Shown piece by piece: positions 52,996-64,000 of a stretch of 64,000 nt of DNA (positions are counted from its first letter, which is position 1; each line of letters opens with the position of its first letter). This DNA comes from Octopus bimaculoides (Eukaryota): contig NC_068982.1 in NCBI RefSeq assembly GCF_001194135.2, positions 147,627,593 through 147,691,592 of the forward strand, in the 5' to 3' direction. The notes beneath the pieces are model-generated. The model saw only the letters and a list, made by a program, of their open reading frames with translations, was not told where the DNA came from and did not search any database. The position numbers and the translations under genes were made by a program.

Positions 52996-53916
52996 TAGTT
53001 AGAATAGAGGCAGCTGACGAAGGATTAATTCCAAGTGGCTATCTGTTTTCCTATGTGTTCGTTCCGTGGTCTGTAGTTCATTGTTCTAACGTCCTGTACC
53101 CTGATATGCATCTACATACACATGTAGATGTAAGTATGTACATATATATGTGTATACATGCATATATATTCTTTATATTATATATATATATATATANNNN
53201 NNNNNNNNNNNNNNNNNNNNNNNNNNNNNNNNNNNNNNNNNNNNNNNNNNNNNNNNNNNNNNNNNNNNNNNNNNNNNNNNNNNNNNNNNNNNNNNNNNNN
53301 NNNNNNNNNNNNNNNNNNNNNNNNNNNNNNNNNNNNNNNNNNNNNNNNNNNNNNNNNNNNNNNNNNNNNNNNNNNNNNNNNNNNNNNNNNNNNNNNNNNN
53401 NNNNNNNNNNNNNNNNNNNNNNNNNNNNNNNNNNNNNNNNNNNNNNNNNNNNNNNNNNNNNNNNNNNNNNNNNNNNNNNNNNNNNNNNNNNNNNNNNNNN
53501 NNNNNNNNNNNNNNNNNNNNNNNNNNNNNNNNNNNNNNNNNNNNNNNNNNNNNNNNNNNNNNNNNNNNNNNNNNNNNNNNNNNNNNNNNNNNNNNNNNNN
53601 NNNNNNNNNNNNNNNNNNNNNNNNNNNNNNNNNNNNNNNNNNNNNNNNNNNNNNNNNNNNNNNNNNNNNNNNNNNNNNNNNNNNNNNNNNNNNNNNNNNN
53701 NNNNNNNNNNNNNNNNNNNNNNNNNNNNNNNNNNNNNNNNNNNNNNNNNNNNTATATATATATATATATATATATATTATTATTATTATTATTATAAAAT
53801 CTGGTAATTAGTCATATATTAATTAATATCAATTAATTATCAGTAGGCCAGCACATCTAAAGAATCAAAGAGATTCAGAAATATTATCTGTAATCTCAGG
53901 GGATTAAGGTACATTT

Positions 53917-53954
<38 letters not shown>

Positions 53955-53963
53955 TTTGTGCAC

Positions 53964-54410
53964 CTATTATTTCACATCTCAGAACTCCTGATTTCACTTG
54001 CTCCGGTTAATTCTGTAAGAGCGGTTGTCTAGGTCCTCATATAGGGTCTCTTTCCGATACTTAACATCCGAGTATTAATTTTAAAATCCTCTCTGACCTC
54101 CAATAAACCAGTCTTCTGAGCATGTTCTATCTTTATGTAGATCCGAAGTTTTTAAATTTGGCCCTTAACGCTCCTAGTGCCCCTAAAACTACTGAGATGA
54201 CAGTTACTCTCTTTACTGCCCACATTCGTGGAACCTCATCTTATAGTAGCTTGTGCTTTCCAGTCATTTCAAGCTCCCTATCACACATTCGTGCATCCCC
54301 TGAGTGTTGTGGTGTTTCGTTTTTATATACGTCATCTCAGCTATTGGCACTTGGCATTCTGCAAAATGTATCCAGATTACTTTAGAGACAGAATTATAAT
54401 CCTTCACCGT
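53964..54410 (-). mobile_element. R4/Dong-like RLE LINE 3' end, strongly decayed
   Basis: Minus strand DEVPRMWAVKRVTVISVVLGALGALR...IKIEHAQKTGLL matches the MW..V.VIPVVIGALG...QK.ALLGTARI terminus; the UTR ends GTGAAATAATAG. Confidence 0.75.
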
Positions 54411-54789
54411 ATATTGACTATATAAATTATTCTAATAACTGGGCATATAAATCTCATATCAGAAAAATAGGCATTTGTATATGTGGGAAAGGAACCCGCT
54501 CAACTCATTTTCGTGATGTGTGCCGACTGATTTCACCAATGCGTTAAATATATCAATATGCTCGGATTCTGTGTAAATTAGGAAACGTTGGCGAGTAAAA
54601 TTATGCAAATAGAATTAAAATCATTTATCGTATATTAACTATGGAAAATAGTCTAATATTAGAGCATGTAAAACCTGTAACGGAAGAAGGAATGAACGGC
54701 TTAAAATTAATCCATTTTTTTTATAGTCAATAGAAAAGACTTATAATTTTATTTGCATCGCAGTCTCTTAATTCACACAGAATTCACAG

Positions 54790-55255
54790 ATGTTTACAAA
54801 CCAAGGGATATTAAGTGTTCGAAAGAGGATAGATTTTTGGAACGTTCACATGTCTATTGCTGAAGTTTCATTGCTTCAGGGTGCATGATAATTCTTGGGA
54901 GAATTGAACCTAATTCTCCAATGGTCACTGGTACAGCTTTCTATTTTGCTACTGGGCAACTCCCAAATTCTTGATATCTCTACTTCTAAACCATCATATT
55001 TGGAGATTTATTTTCCTTTTCGTAGTCCGTAGCGCTTTTGTGTGAAGGAATTGTAACATTAATATGAAGCATTTTTTAAAATATCATATATAATGATACC
55101 TCGTCTAGAGTATTCAATTGTCTATATGGATAATAAAATCGCATAGAAGTTTTGATTTATCAGCTTTCTTTAGGGATTTTTTTCTGATACACGATTGTAC
55201 CTCTTGTCTGAAGTGTTATATCCATAGGTGTAAATTGAAGCGTATGTAGTATTAG
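54790..55255 (-). mobile_element. R4/Dong-like RLE LINE 3' end, strongly decayed
   Basis: Minus strand KADKSKLLCDFIIHID, then ISKYDGLEVEISRIWELP, KAVPVTIGELGSI and FQKSILFRTLNI across frameshifts. Confidence 0.75.
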
Positions 55256-56646
55256 TTTTATTATGACAAGCTTAAAAAATAATTCTTTACTCTGCATGGT
55301 AATTGTTTACTCAGCACTACAATCACGACGACAGCCATATTAATATTATTATTATTATTATTATAACTTCACTCCTCCACTGTTCCTCTTTAGCTTTAGT
55401 AGGTTCTAAATTTCGTGTGTCTCTGCCCCAAACATTGATGTAGTTGAGTAGTCCGATATTTGTATGAGGGATTCTGAAAATACAACGTATGATATGCCTG
55501 ATGCTCAGCACGATAGCAGAGACCAACGGAATCTAACCTCCGTCGACCAACAATAATGTCAATGAATCTATTTGCTTTTGTGCTCCCGCCATATGAGATG
55601 TTTTAATCTCTGATAAGAAACATTTTGTATGTATGCTACAGGCATCGTTTAAGCTTCTTGTTCATAGTTCAGGTCTCATCTCAATAGCAAAAATTTGTCT
55701 CAACACATCCTGAAGAAAGCAGGCTTTCTTGACCGGGCTAGTCAGCGACAATAAGCCAGCACTTCAACAACAAGGATACCCACTCACGCATACATACATA
55801 CATACATATGCCCGTATAGGCAAAGCAATACGCGTCAAATGCTCAATGATCGAGTAAATATATACTTTGTTATAAATATATACTTTATTAAATGTCATAG
55901 ATTATTGCTGTTCTATGGCAGTAACGATTGTAAAATTTATGCCAAACGCATGGTTTTCACATAGCGTGTAAATGAAGAACGTATGGAGTAAGGGAACAGT
56001 GTTTTAATTAAGTTATCTTTCTGTAATTTGAAGTAATTAATGGTGACAATGATATAGTAGCAAACACTAAGAAATACACACACAAGCACAAAATTAGTGA
56101 GTGAAAATGACAGACAGGTAGTGTGACAGACAAACAGAAAGATAGAAGCATAAACAGACAGACCAGATAGTAGTGAAACAGAAAAGGCGGGCCCATGATA
56201 CAGACAGAGTGACAAACAGACAGAAAAAATCAGACAGAATCTAAAATGAAGATAACAAGGACAACAAACCCATGCATATGAAGTTTGTTGTAGTGGAATA
56301 ACGTAACTAAGAAATGATTTATTTATTTAGTTTCGTTGCATAATTTATCTTCGAATTTTCTTTCTATTAAGCAAATGCTTTTGAAATAAATATCAAAGTA
56401 AGCCATCAATACTACAGCAACTTCTATAGTTCTAATTGCGGTTGGTACTTGTTTATGCTCTGGACAGTGCCAAAACAAAGCGGAAATATATACATATATA
56501 CACGCGTGTGTATGCGCATGTTTGCATGTGTGTGTGTGTGTGTGTGTGTTGCTTACTAGCATACTTTAAAAATGTAAGAATGGTTTGTGGCATTTTACAA
56601 GAACTTTGTTTTGGCACTGTTTTCCTAATTTATGAAGCTATTAATC

Positions 56647-56689
<43 letters not shown>

Positions 56690-57524
56690 TGTTGCTGGTT
56701 TTGTTTTTATTGCTTTTGTTGTTTTTGTTTTTGTTGTTTTTGTTGCTGTTGCTTGTTACTGCTTAAATTATTACCATCGTCTCCAACATGCACATATCAG
56801 AAAGGATTTTTTCTTTTATTTAGCATATTGTCAGTACATTCATCATGTGTTATATATGTATACACTCAGAGACACCACACACACATACACAGTCAAACAC
56901 ACATACACACACATGCGTGTACGTAACGTTCTTGTACATCGTTGCCCGTTTGTCTACTGCTTGTTGAGTAATGCAATCAACGTCAACATCAACACCAAAG
57001 CACAATTCAATGGAGAAATTAATAAATATATAAATACCGTCAATGATAGGAAACTACCATAACAAACACAATAATAATTAATTTCGTTGCTACTATGTTA
57101 AACTGTCGTATGTCTAAATTTGCCCAAATGCGCTTTTCTCAATATTTATTTTTGCTTGAAAATAGCCGGTACTTTTGGTCAAATTATCGTATCTCCAGCT
57201 TCTTCAGATGCCAAGATATTAAAAATTGTCAAAGTGTAGTATAACAGTTTTGCTATGAAATGGTGAACAATTTTTTCGTTTGGACTTACGACACTTTTGC
57301 ATAATAGTAACGACTTATAAAACTTACATTTTACTCGGTTGCAATCCGATAATATAGTAGAACCCATTAGATCTCTATAAATAGTACTTTGCACAATTTT
57401 CACTCGACGCTTAAACATATTGTGCAATTCACGCCATATGTACGGCGAACAATCACCTTCCCACAAAATAGAAATACTTCTGAAATGCCACTTATCCTAG
57501 ATCAGATTTCTCGAGTTCAATGAA

Positions 57525-57700
57525 TTCCCTGTGTGCTACGGATCAAGTTAAAATCCTTGTTCATGAACTTAACGTGCAGTTGAGTAAGCTCTTTACAGAC
57601 ACGCGTACCCTTAACATAGATCTCAGTGAGATTTGACATGACACAATGTAACGAGGCTGGCCTTTCAAATACAGGTACCGCTCATTTCTCTTGCCGAGTT
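57525..57700 (-). mobile_element. Diverged SINE fragment: end of a CORE-like domain joined to a family D tail
   Basis: Plus strand TTAACGTGCAGTTGAG...CAGACACGCGTACCCTTAAC...GGCTGGCCTTTCAAATACAGGTAC aligns to 60365-60480, then continues as CTCATTTCT...GCCGAGTTGAC (CORE-like end) rather than the family D body. Confidence 0.65.
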
Positions 57701-58315
57701 GACCGCGGGCGCACACACACACACACACACACAATATTATTGCCTGCGTTTTTTTTATAAATCGTACTTGTGCCTCGTGTGATGAGTAAATGACTATCTG
57801 TCAGTTTCATCAATAAGGACACGGTTGCTCAATCAACAGAATTACCTGTTCATTCATTTACTGTCTCTGTGGCCAGGTAATCTACAGTTTCATGTAATCT
57901 TAAGGTAAAATCCAGGCAGAATCAGTATACAGTTTCCTTCAATTCGGTTTCATTTGCGAAATGTAAAGGTAATGACACCTGTTCACGATGCTAACATGGT
58001 GTGATCGACCCAATGACTCGTTACTTCGAAGCGAACCTCTTAAAAATACACCCATACAATGTTGTGTCTATAAAAATTGTGAACAACAAGTTCAAGAGGC
58101 TAGAGTAATATTATTGATTTTCTTTCGTAAAGACTTAGATTATATTATAAAATATCTACGACGTTATGGCTCACCGCTTGAGATCCTCTGCTCTCATAAC
58201 AAGCGACAGAAACAGTAAATTTCAAGATAAGTGTTCGAACCATCTCCACAACTAACTAAATTTATGAAGCTTATAAGTACAATTCTATATTCCCAATCAG
58301 ACAGTTCTACTCATA

Positions 58316-58507
58316 CGAGGAGTGGTGCTGAAAAGTTCTTGACATTAAGGGTATTGCAAAAGGCCTAGCCTTCCGAGTTCTTTTACAGAGCTTAGAAAAA
58401 CTGAAGGACTGTTGCAATAAGTGTGTGCATCTAAGAGGAGTATGTGTTGAATAACACCATAACCGTATTTCCTTTTACCAAAAGCAGGGACTTTTCAGCA
58501 CCCCTCG
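58316..58507 (+). mobile_element. Mariner-derived MITE (192 bp) with TA TSD
   Basis: TA|CGAGGAGTGGTGCTGAAAAGTTC ... GGGACTTTTCAGCACCCCTCG|TA (imperfect TIRs, TA at 58314-58315 and 58508-58509). The interior encodes SEFFLQSLEKLKDCCNKCVHLRGVCVE*, a mariner transposase C-terminus (FF..GI.KL..RW.KC....G.YVE). Confidence 0.9.
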
Positions 58508-59197
58508 TACCTCGAAAACAATAGTACAGTGAAAAATCGTGTGAGATTATGGAATATATATAGTAATAGTAACAGTATATGATTTTAAAAGAAATTTAGG
58601 TGTTTAAGTATATATGTTCGTCTGTGTGTATATTTATACATAGCACTTTGTATATGAATGTAAAGTAATTTGCATATTTGAAAACACGAGTGTGAAATTT
58701 ATGCAATATTACATGGTGTGTAACATGTCTAGGATTGGTTAGAGTACGTGTGGTGTCCCAAGGTTTAGTATAATGCAGTGTTCATAGGGTTGGTGGAATT
58801 GTGCTGCATTTCTATAATTATTGGGTTTTGAAGAACACATATAACGTCCAGATATGGTTATTGATTGTCCGGTTCTTTTGCCGTGTCTCTTGCTTAGCCC
58901 TCTAGCAAACATTCAAAGCTTAATTTGTTTGCACAAAAAAAAGTTCAATATGCATATTGCTAATAATCTGGGAATGACTGCTTTACTGATAAGCTCCAAT
59001 AAGACTGAAACAAGTATAGAGTTATCACTGCATAACCAAACTCAAACTCACAAATGCATCGCCTTTTAATCATAATTCTGGAGTTATTTTTTCCATATTT
59101 CTTGACTAGAATTATGAATAGACTGAATAGTTATCATCTGAGAGGTCATAGACTGAAAGTCACCAATGCCATTCAGAAAAAGAGAGTGCAAGGAGAC

Positions 59198-59251
59198 GAC
59201 AATCATCTCTGAGGATAGAGCAATGACAATCATCTGTGAGGATAGAGCACT
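59198..59251. repeat. 27-bp tandem duplication
   Basis: GACAATCATCT(C/G)TGAGGATAGAGCA(A/C)T, two copies. Confidence 0.9.
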
Positions 59252-60129
59252 CACAATATGTGTGTGTGTATGTATGTATGTATATATGCGTGTGTATGTA
59301 TGTATATATATATATATATGTGTGTGTGTAATGTATATATGTATGTAAATGTATATATGTATATATACGTGTGTGCATGCATGTATAAATTGCATTGGTA
59401 ATCTTTGTAGACATTAAATTTTAGAAGCTCACCGAGGTTCCATAACAACAACAACAACAACAACAACATAATTTAAAATTTGGTAGCCATCCGTAGTAAA
59501 ATATTTCGTTCCTATCTCGAGTACATTAAATGATCGCATAGAGACTCTCTCGTAAGCATGCGCTGCTTTAAGCGTTTGAGTTGGTGTATGCAAACACTCC
59601 ACAATAAGCACAGCGGGGAATCCAACATTGTGACAAAGACTCGTGGCTTGTTTAACAAGCGTAATTTTATGACAGGAAGTACCACAGGGAAACGCTATAT
59701 AAATAATCGCACAAATATATAAATAGTTATAAAAAGGAATAAAATAAATATCAGAAAATATAACAAAAATACATAAATATAGTAAATAATCAATTATTAA
59801 TATATGAATTTTAGCGATTATTATTATACAGTCCTTGTGGCAATTTAAGGATCCACAGATAGAGAATATATTGAAACAAATGAGTCGTAATAGCAGCCAT
59901 AATAGAGGGTGATTAGATGGGCGGAACCGAGAGAATGATGGTCAAAACGTGTTGTAGTGTGTAGTAGCGAATTTTTACGATCTAGATTCCAAACCTGCTG
60001 AGTTAGAAGTTGGCGTTTATTCTTCAGGCAATCATAAGAATGAATTTAAATCTAATCGGCTCTATCCCCATACTAGAAGCTTTGTGACTATATTACAAAA
60101 AACAGCTGTTATGATGGTGACTACAACAA

Positions 60130-60708
60130 CTACCAGCAATTTTATATTCGAATATATCAATCTCAGTACTTGACCAGTACTTTATTTTATCGACCCCGAA
60201 AGGATGAAAAGTAAAGTTGACCGCAGTGGGATTTGAACTCAGATCGTAAAGAGTCGGAAGAAATGCCGCTAACCATGGTGTTGAACATGCTGGTGGTTGG
60301 CACTCCGTCGGTTACGACGACGAGGGTTCCAGTTCATCCGATCAGCGGAACAGCCTACTCGTGAAATTAACGTGCAAGTGGCTGAGCACTCCACAGACAC
60401 GTGTAACCTTAACGTAGTTCTCGGGGATATTCAGCGTGACACAGAGTGTGACAAGACTGGCCCTTTGAATTACAAGTACAACAGAAACAGGAAGAAAGAG
60501 TGACAGTTGTGGTGAAAGAGTACAGCAGGGTTCGCTACCATCCCCATGCCGGAGCCTTGTGGAACTTTAGGTGTTTTCGCTCAATAAACACTCACAACGC
60601 CCAGTCTGGGAATCGAAACCGCGATCCTACGACTGCGAGTACGCTGCTCTAACAACTGGGCCATTGCACCTCCACTGAACATGCTAACAATTCTTGAAAT
60701 TCATCGCC
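60130..60708 (-). mobile_element. SINE family A (tail 2-like), host of a nested family D SINE
   Basis: Central block ATCGACCCCGAAAGGATGAAA and B-box TTTGAACTCAGA at 60190-60245. The head resumes at 60686-60708 after the insertion. Confidence 0.8.
60292..60675 (-). mobile_element. tRNA-derived SINE family D, full length, 10-bp TSD
   Basis: Head GGAGGTGCAATGGCCCAGTTGTTAGAGCAGCGTACTCGCAGTCGTAGGATCGCGGTTTCGATTCCCAGAC (A and B boxes); tail GTCGTAACCGACGGAGTGCCAACC. TSD TGAACATGCT at 60282-60291 and 60676-60685. Confidence 0.92.
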
Positions 60709-61299
60709 TCAGGGATAACGAGCAGTACCCGTGGGAATTCTACAGCTATTTTAAAAACTGCATGATGAAATTATATACTTTTCTGAAACATTTGATTCTT
60801 GAGAAGAGGTAAAAATCCACATATGCAGTATTGAAAGGGCATTCAACCAACCAACCAACCAATCAATCAATCAATCAATCAATTAATCGGCCAATCTATC
60901 TATCAATTAATCATATCCCACATACACTTCTACTTACATTTCTGTCAATGTATGTATCTATCTATCCAAACAATACGGATAAACATATAAACCCAATAAC
61001 TAAAAAGACAAAAATGAAAAAACTTAAATTGTGGTGCCCCAGCATGGCCTCAGCTTTTGGGCGACGACACATAAAAAGGTAAAAGTAACAAACACAGCTA
61101 TTTGATAAAGTTTGATTTATCTAGCCATCCATCTTTCTATCTTCTGTTCGTCGAGAAACACACACGCACGACGGATTGAAGATATAGAAATGGCTGAATA
61201 TTAAAACCTGCGACAACTAAACTTTTTATTTTCATCGTCCATCAAAATATTCGTTTAAAATCTTGTAACTGCTTCTACTCCTGAGTTTCTTTCAGTCAA

Positions 61300-61350
<51 letters not shown>

Positions 61351-61354
<4 letters not shown>

Positions 61355-61436
61355 CGGAATTTGAGCTCAGAACGTAAAGGCGGACGAAATGCTGCTATTT
61401 TGTCGGGCGTGTTAGCGATTCTGTCAGTTCGTTGCC
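61351..61436 (-). mobile_element. SINE family A head, truncated at a (CT)n run
   Basis: TCGGCGGAATTTGAGCTCAGAACGTAAAGGCGGACGAAATGC...GGGCGTGTTAGCGATTCTGTCAG. Confidence 0.8.
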
Positions 61437-61510
61437 TTCATAATAACAATAACAATAATAATAATAACAATAACAATAATAATAATAACAATAACAATAA
61501 TAATAATAAT

Positions 61511-62062
61511 AGTAAAGAATATATCCCCAAACATGACAGACCTGGGACCTATATTCACTAGAAGCTACGCCAGCACCACGAAACAACAGTAGTGAAAAGG
61601 TCTCAGAAAAATAGCAAAGTAGTCATAATCTGTGATATGCTAATACACACAAATAGAGAGATCAAGGCCGATAGGTCAGATATAGTTGTCAGTGACCACC
61701 AAAGGAAAATGTCTTCTAATAGATATATCAATCGCAACAGATGCCAATGTATCTCAAAAAGAAACTGAGAAAAATTCAGGATACAGATATCTAGAAATAG
61801 AGATATTACGAATTTGGAACCTAAAAACAGAAACAATCCCTTTAATAATTGGTGCATTAAAAAGCACAAGCAGACTAATACATAACCGAACTATCAGGAC
61901 TTAGAAATATGTGTGACATACAGGAAATAGCACAGCTTGTCGCCGTGCGCATCCTACGTAAAGCAATTTTAGTACAGCACCAAAGCAAACTACAACACGT
62001 ATCCAAGCACACAGACTTGCGCTTTGTAGGGCAGTGAAAGCACGTGATAAAGCATAAGACTG
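61511..62062 (+). mobile_element. R4/Dong-like RLE LINE 3' end, flanked by (AAT)n on both sides
   Basis: KEYIPKHDRPGTYIH*KLRQH; CDMLIHTNREIKADRSDIVV; CLLIDISIATDANVSQKETEKNSGYRYLEIEILRIWNLKTETIPLIIGAL. Same family as 827-1875. (AAT/AAC)n at 61441-61510 and (AAT)n at 62063-62090. Confidence 0.92.
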
Positions 62063-63859
62063 AATAATAATAATAATGATAATAATAATATATTAATATT
62101 GATAAAAACTATTATAACTGCTGAGGATCACTGCTGAAGAGACATTACTAGGACACGTTTTAAAAATTGGTAGAGTACATCAAAATCAGAGGAATGACAA
62201 AAATGTATGAAAGAACACAATAACCACATTTCTATAATGCATAGAATCATTCAATTTACCTCACACAACCATAACTACCTTGACTACCAAGAAGTGTTCT
62301 CTTTTACCTGTCATCATTTTCACACATGCACATGCGAAAACAGCTATTTTTGTAAGGTCATGCTCGCCATTTACACCCAGTTGTTACCAAATTTTCTCCC
62401 AGTCGAGACATCACCTTCTACTCCAGCTTGATTTCCTTCTTTTAGTTAAACTTGAAAATGTCGGCAAGCATTTGAACAAAAGGAAATTACTTGTGTTCAG
62501 TCCCTTCTATCAAGCTCAAAGCCATCAAAATGAGGAAAATGTCTTGCTTTTCCCAGCCAACGAACAGTAACGGATCAATTTACAAGATGGATTCAGCCGA
62601 TAGATGGAGTCATGAAACAAGCTGTTTGAATAACTCTGTGTGTGAGTAATCCTCGATCACTGAACGAGTGCGTGGAGAACAGTTTTGTCGCTTCTTACGC
62701 ATCTTGGACAGCTCCGGTAAAATCAAATTCTGTATCTGTAAAGTTTAGTTCGAATCGATAATGGCACCAAAAGATTTTGGAAGTTTTCCATATACAACTC
62801 CGAGCCGAATTTTTTCCAGAATAAACCAGCAAATACATGGTTACGTTGTTGAAGATTTCCATGTGAGTTACATTGGCCTTGTTCGAAAATATGTCTACTT
62901 AAAATGTTAGCCACCAACGAATAATGCAATTGGTGGAACTTCTGCGTTAGCATATGTTTACAGAGGTGGGTAAACGCTTGTCAACATTCCTGATGCCAGC
63001 TTCACCGAAGACACGGGCTGTGGAAAAATATGACTTAAGTGCCCAAATCACTGCAGAAGCCAAAGTCTCAGAGCATATCTGCACATCACCAGATAGAACA
63101 TACTAAATTATTTGTGCAGGGGTATTGGCAGTAGTTAGACTGTTTGACCTGTGGAAAGTGCCCATTCCACAAGAATCGAACTAGCTCTAATCTGACCAGT
63201 CAAAATTTGAACAAGACATGAACATAGGAATTAGATACAAAAGTATAGGAGAGGTATAGTTAATTATATCTACCAAAGGATATCAAACAGGGTAGATTGA
63301 AGAGTAAAATCGATACCATCAGGATTCTATTTGACAACGTACAGGGACATAACGAGCTACCAAAATAAATGTACGTCAACGTTTTATAGAGTTCTCTACA
63401 ATAATAACTGCATCTAAGTAGGCAGAAATTTGGGACCATAGGCAATTAAATCGAATTAGTAGCTTATTGGTAAATGATTTTATCGTAACCCAAATGATGA
63501 AAAGGCCAAATTGACATAGACAGAGATTCAACTCAGGACGTAACATGAAAATTTCTAAAATAAAAATGAAAACATTATTACTAATTTTGCTTCAAATAGA
63601 GAAAAATGCATAAATTAGGTGAACTTAGAAAGAAAGTAAGCGTAAGTTCTTGGAATAAGTACAGAAAAAATATCGATTGAGGGAGTTGTTATTGCAAAAT
63701 ACGAAAATCATATGAAATAGATCCTAGTTACTGAGATATACATACAAACAGGCATATTGTATTTAACACATATTAACTCTGGAATGTCAAACTCATGAAA
63801 GTCAGAGAGAAACAGACATTTTTGAATACTAGCTTTAAATGAGTATACCTAAATAAGGG

Positions 63860-63916
63860 TATATAAATAGATAGATACATATAAGTATATATATATATAT
63901 ATATACACACATATAA

Positions 63917-63957
<41 letters not shown>

Positions 63958-63962
63958 AGTAC

Positions 63963-63993
<31 letters not shown>

Positions 63994-64000
63994 AGTACAT
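63860..64000. repeat. (TA)n-CACACATATAAGTACAT minisatellite, ~4 units
   Basis: Directly visible; runs off the window end. Confidence 0.85.

Noticed and set aside
57790-57930. AG/GT-bounded micro-exon candidates on both strands
   Set aside because: The minus-strand candidate has stops in all frames; the plus-strand one has a weak acceptor and no recognisable peptide.
60595-60675. tRNA-like sequence (also the heads at 24004 and 28480-28559)
   Set aside because: These are SINE heads continuous with SINE bodies and TSDs; no proper acceptor stem.

Overview
AT-rich, microsatellite-saturated eukaryotic genomic DNA with 19 assembly N-gaps, most of them abutting (TA)n, (CA)n or (GA)n runs, as expected of a short-read scaffold. 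The SINE and LINE families look like those of Octopus (my recognition, not a database result). I can support no host protein-coding exon, rRNA, true tRNA or CRISPR array. Nearly all long ORFs in the track are translations of simple repeats or N-gaps, so the window is probably intergenic or a very large intron. What is present is layered mobile DNA: (i) eight decayed 3' fragments of R4/Dong-like restriction-endonuclease (RLE) LINEs from at least two lineages; (ii) L1/Tx1-type RT and CR1/L2-type LINE fragments; (iii) several tRNA-derived SINE families, including CORE-type, often nested in one another with readable target-site duplications (TSDs); (iv) a 1.3 kb non-autonomous Helitron-like element with a higher-order internal repeat; (v) a 192 bp mariner MITE; (vi) a Penelope-like terminal segment with a degenerate minimal hammerhead-ribozyme motif. 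The most interesting signals concern target choice. One RLE-LINE lineage sits in (AAT)n and another abuts (CATA)n, and nested SINE insertions cluster at AGAA/A-box sites of host SINEs. These rest on small numbers and need genome-wide tests. Coordinates of degenerate elements are approximate, and family letters A-F are my own working labels.
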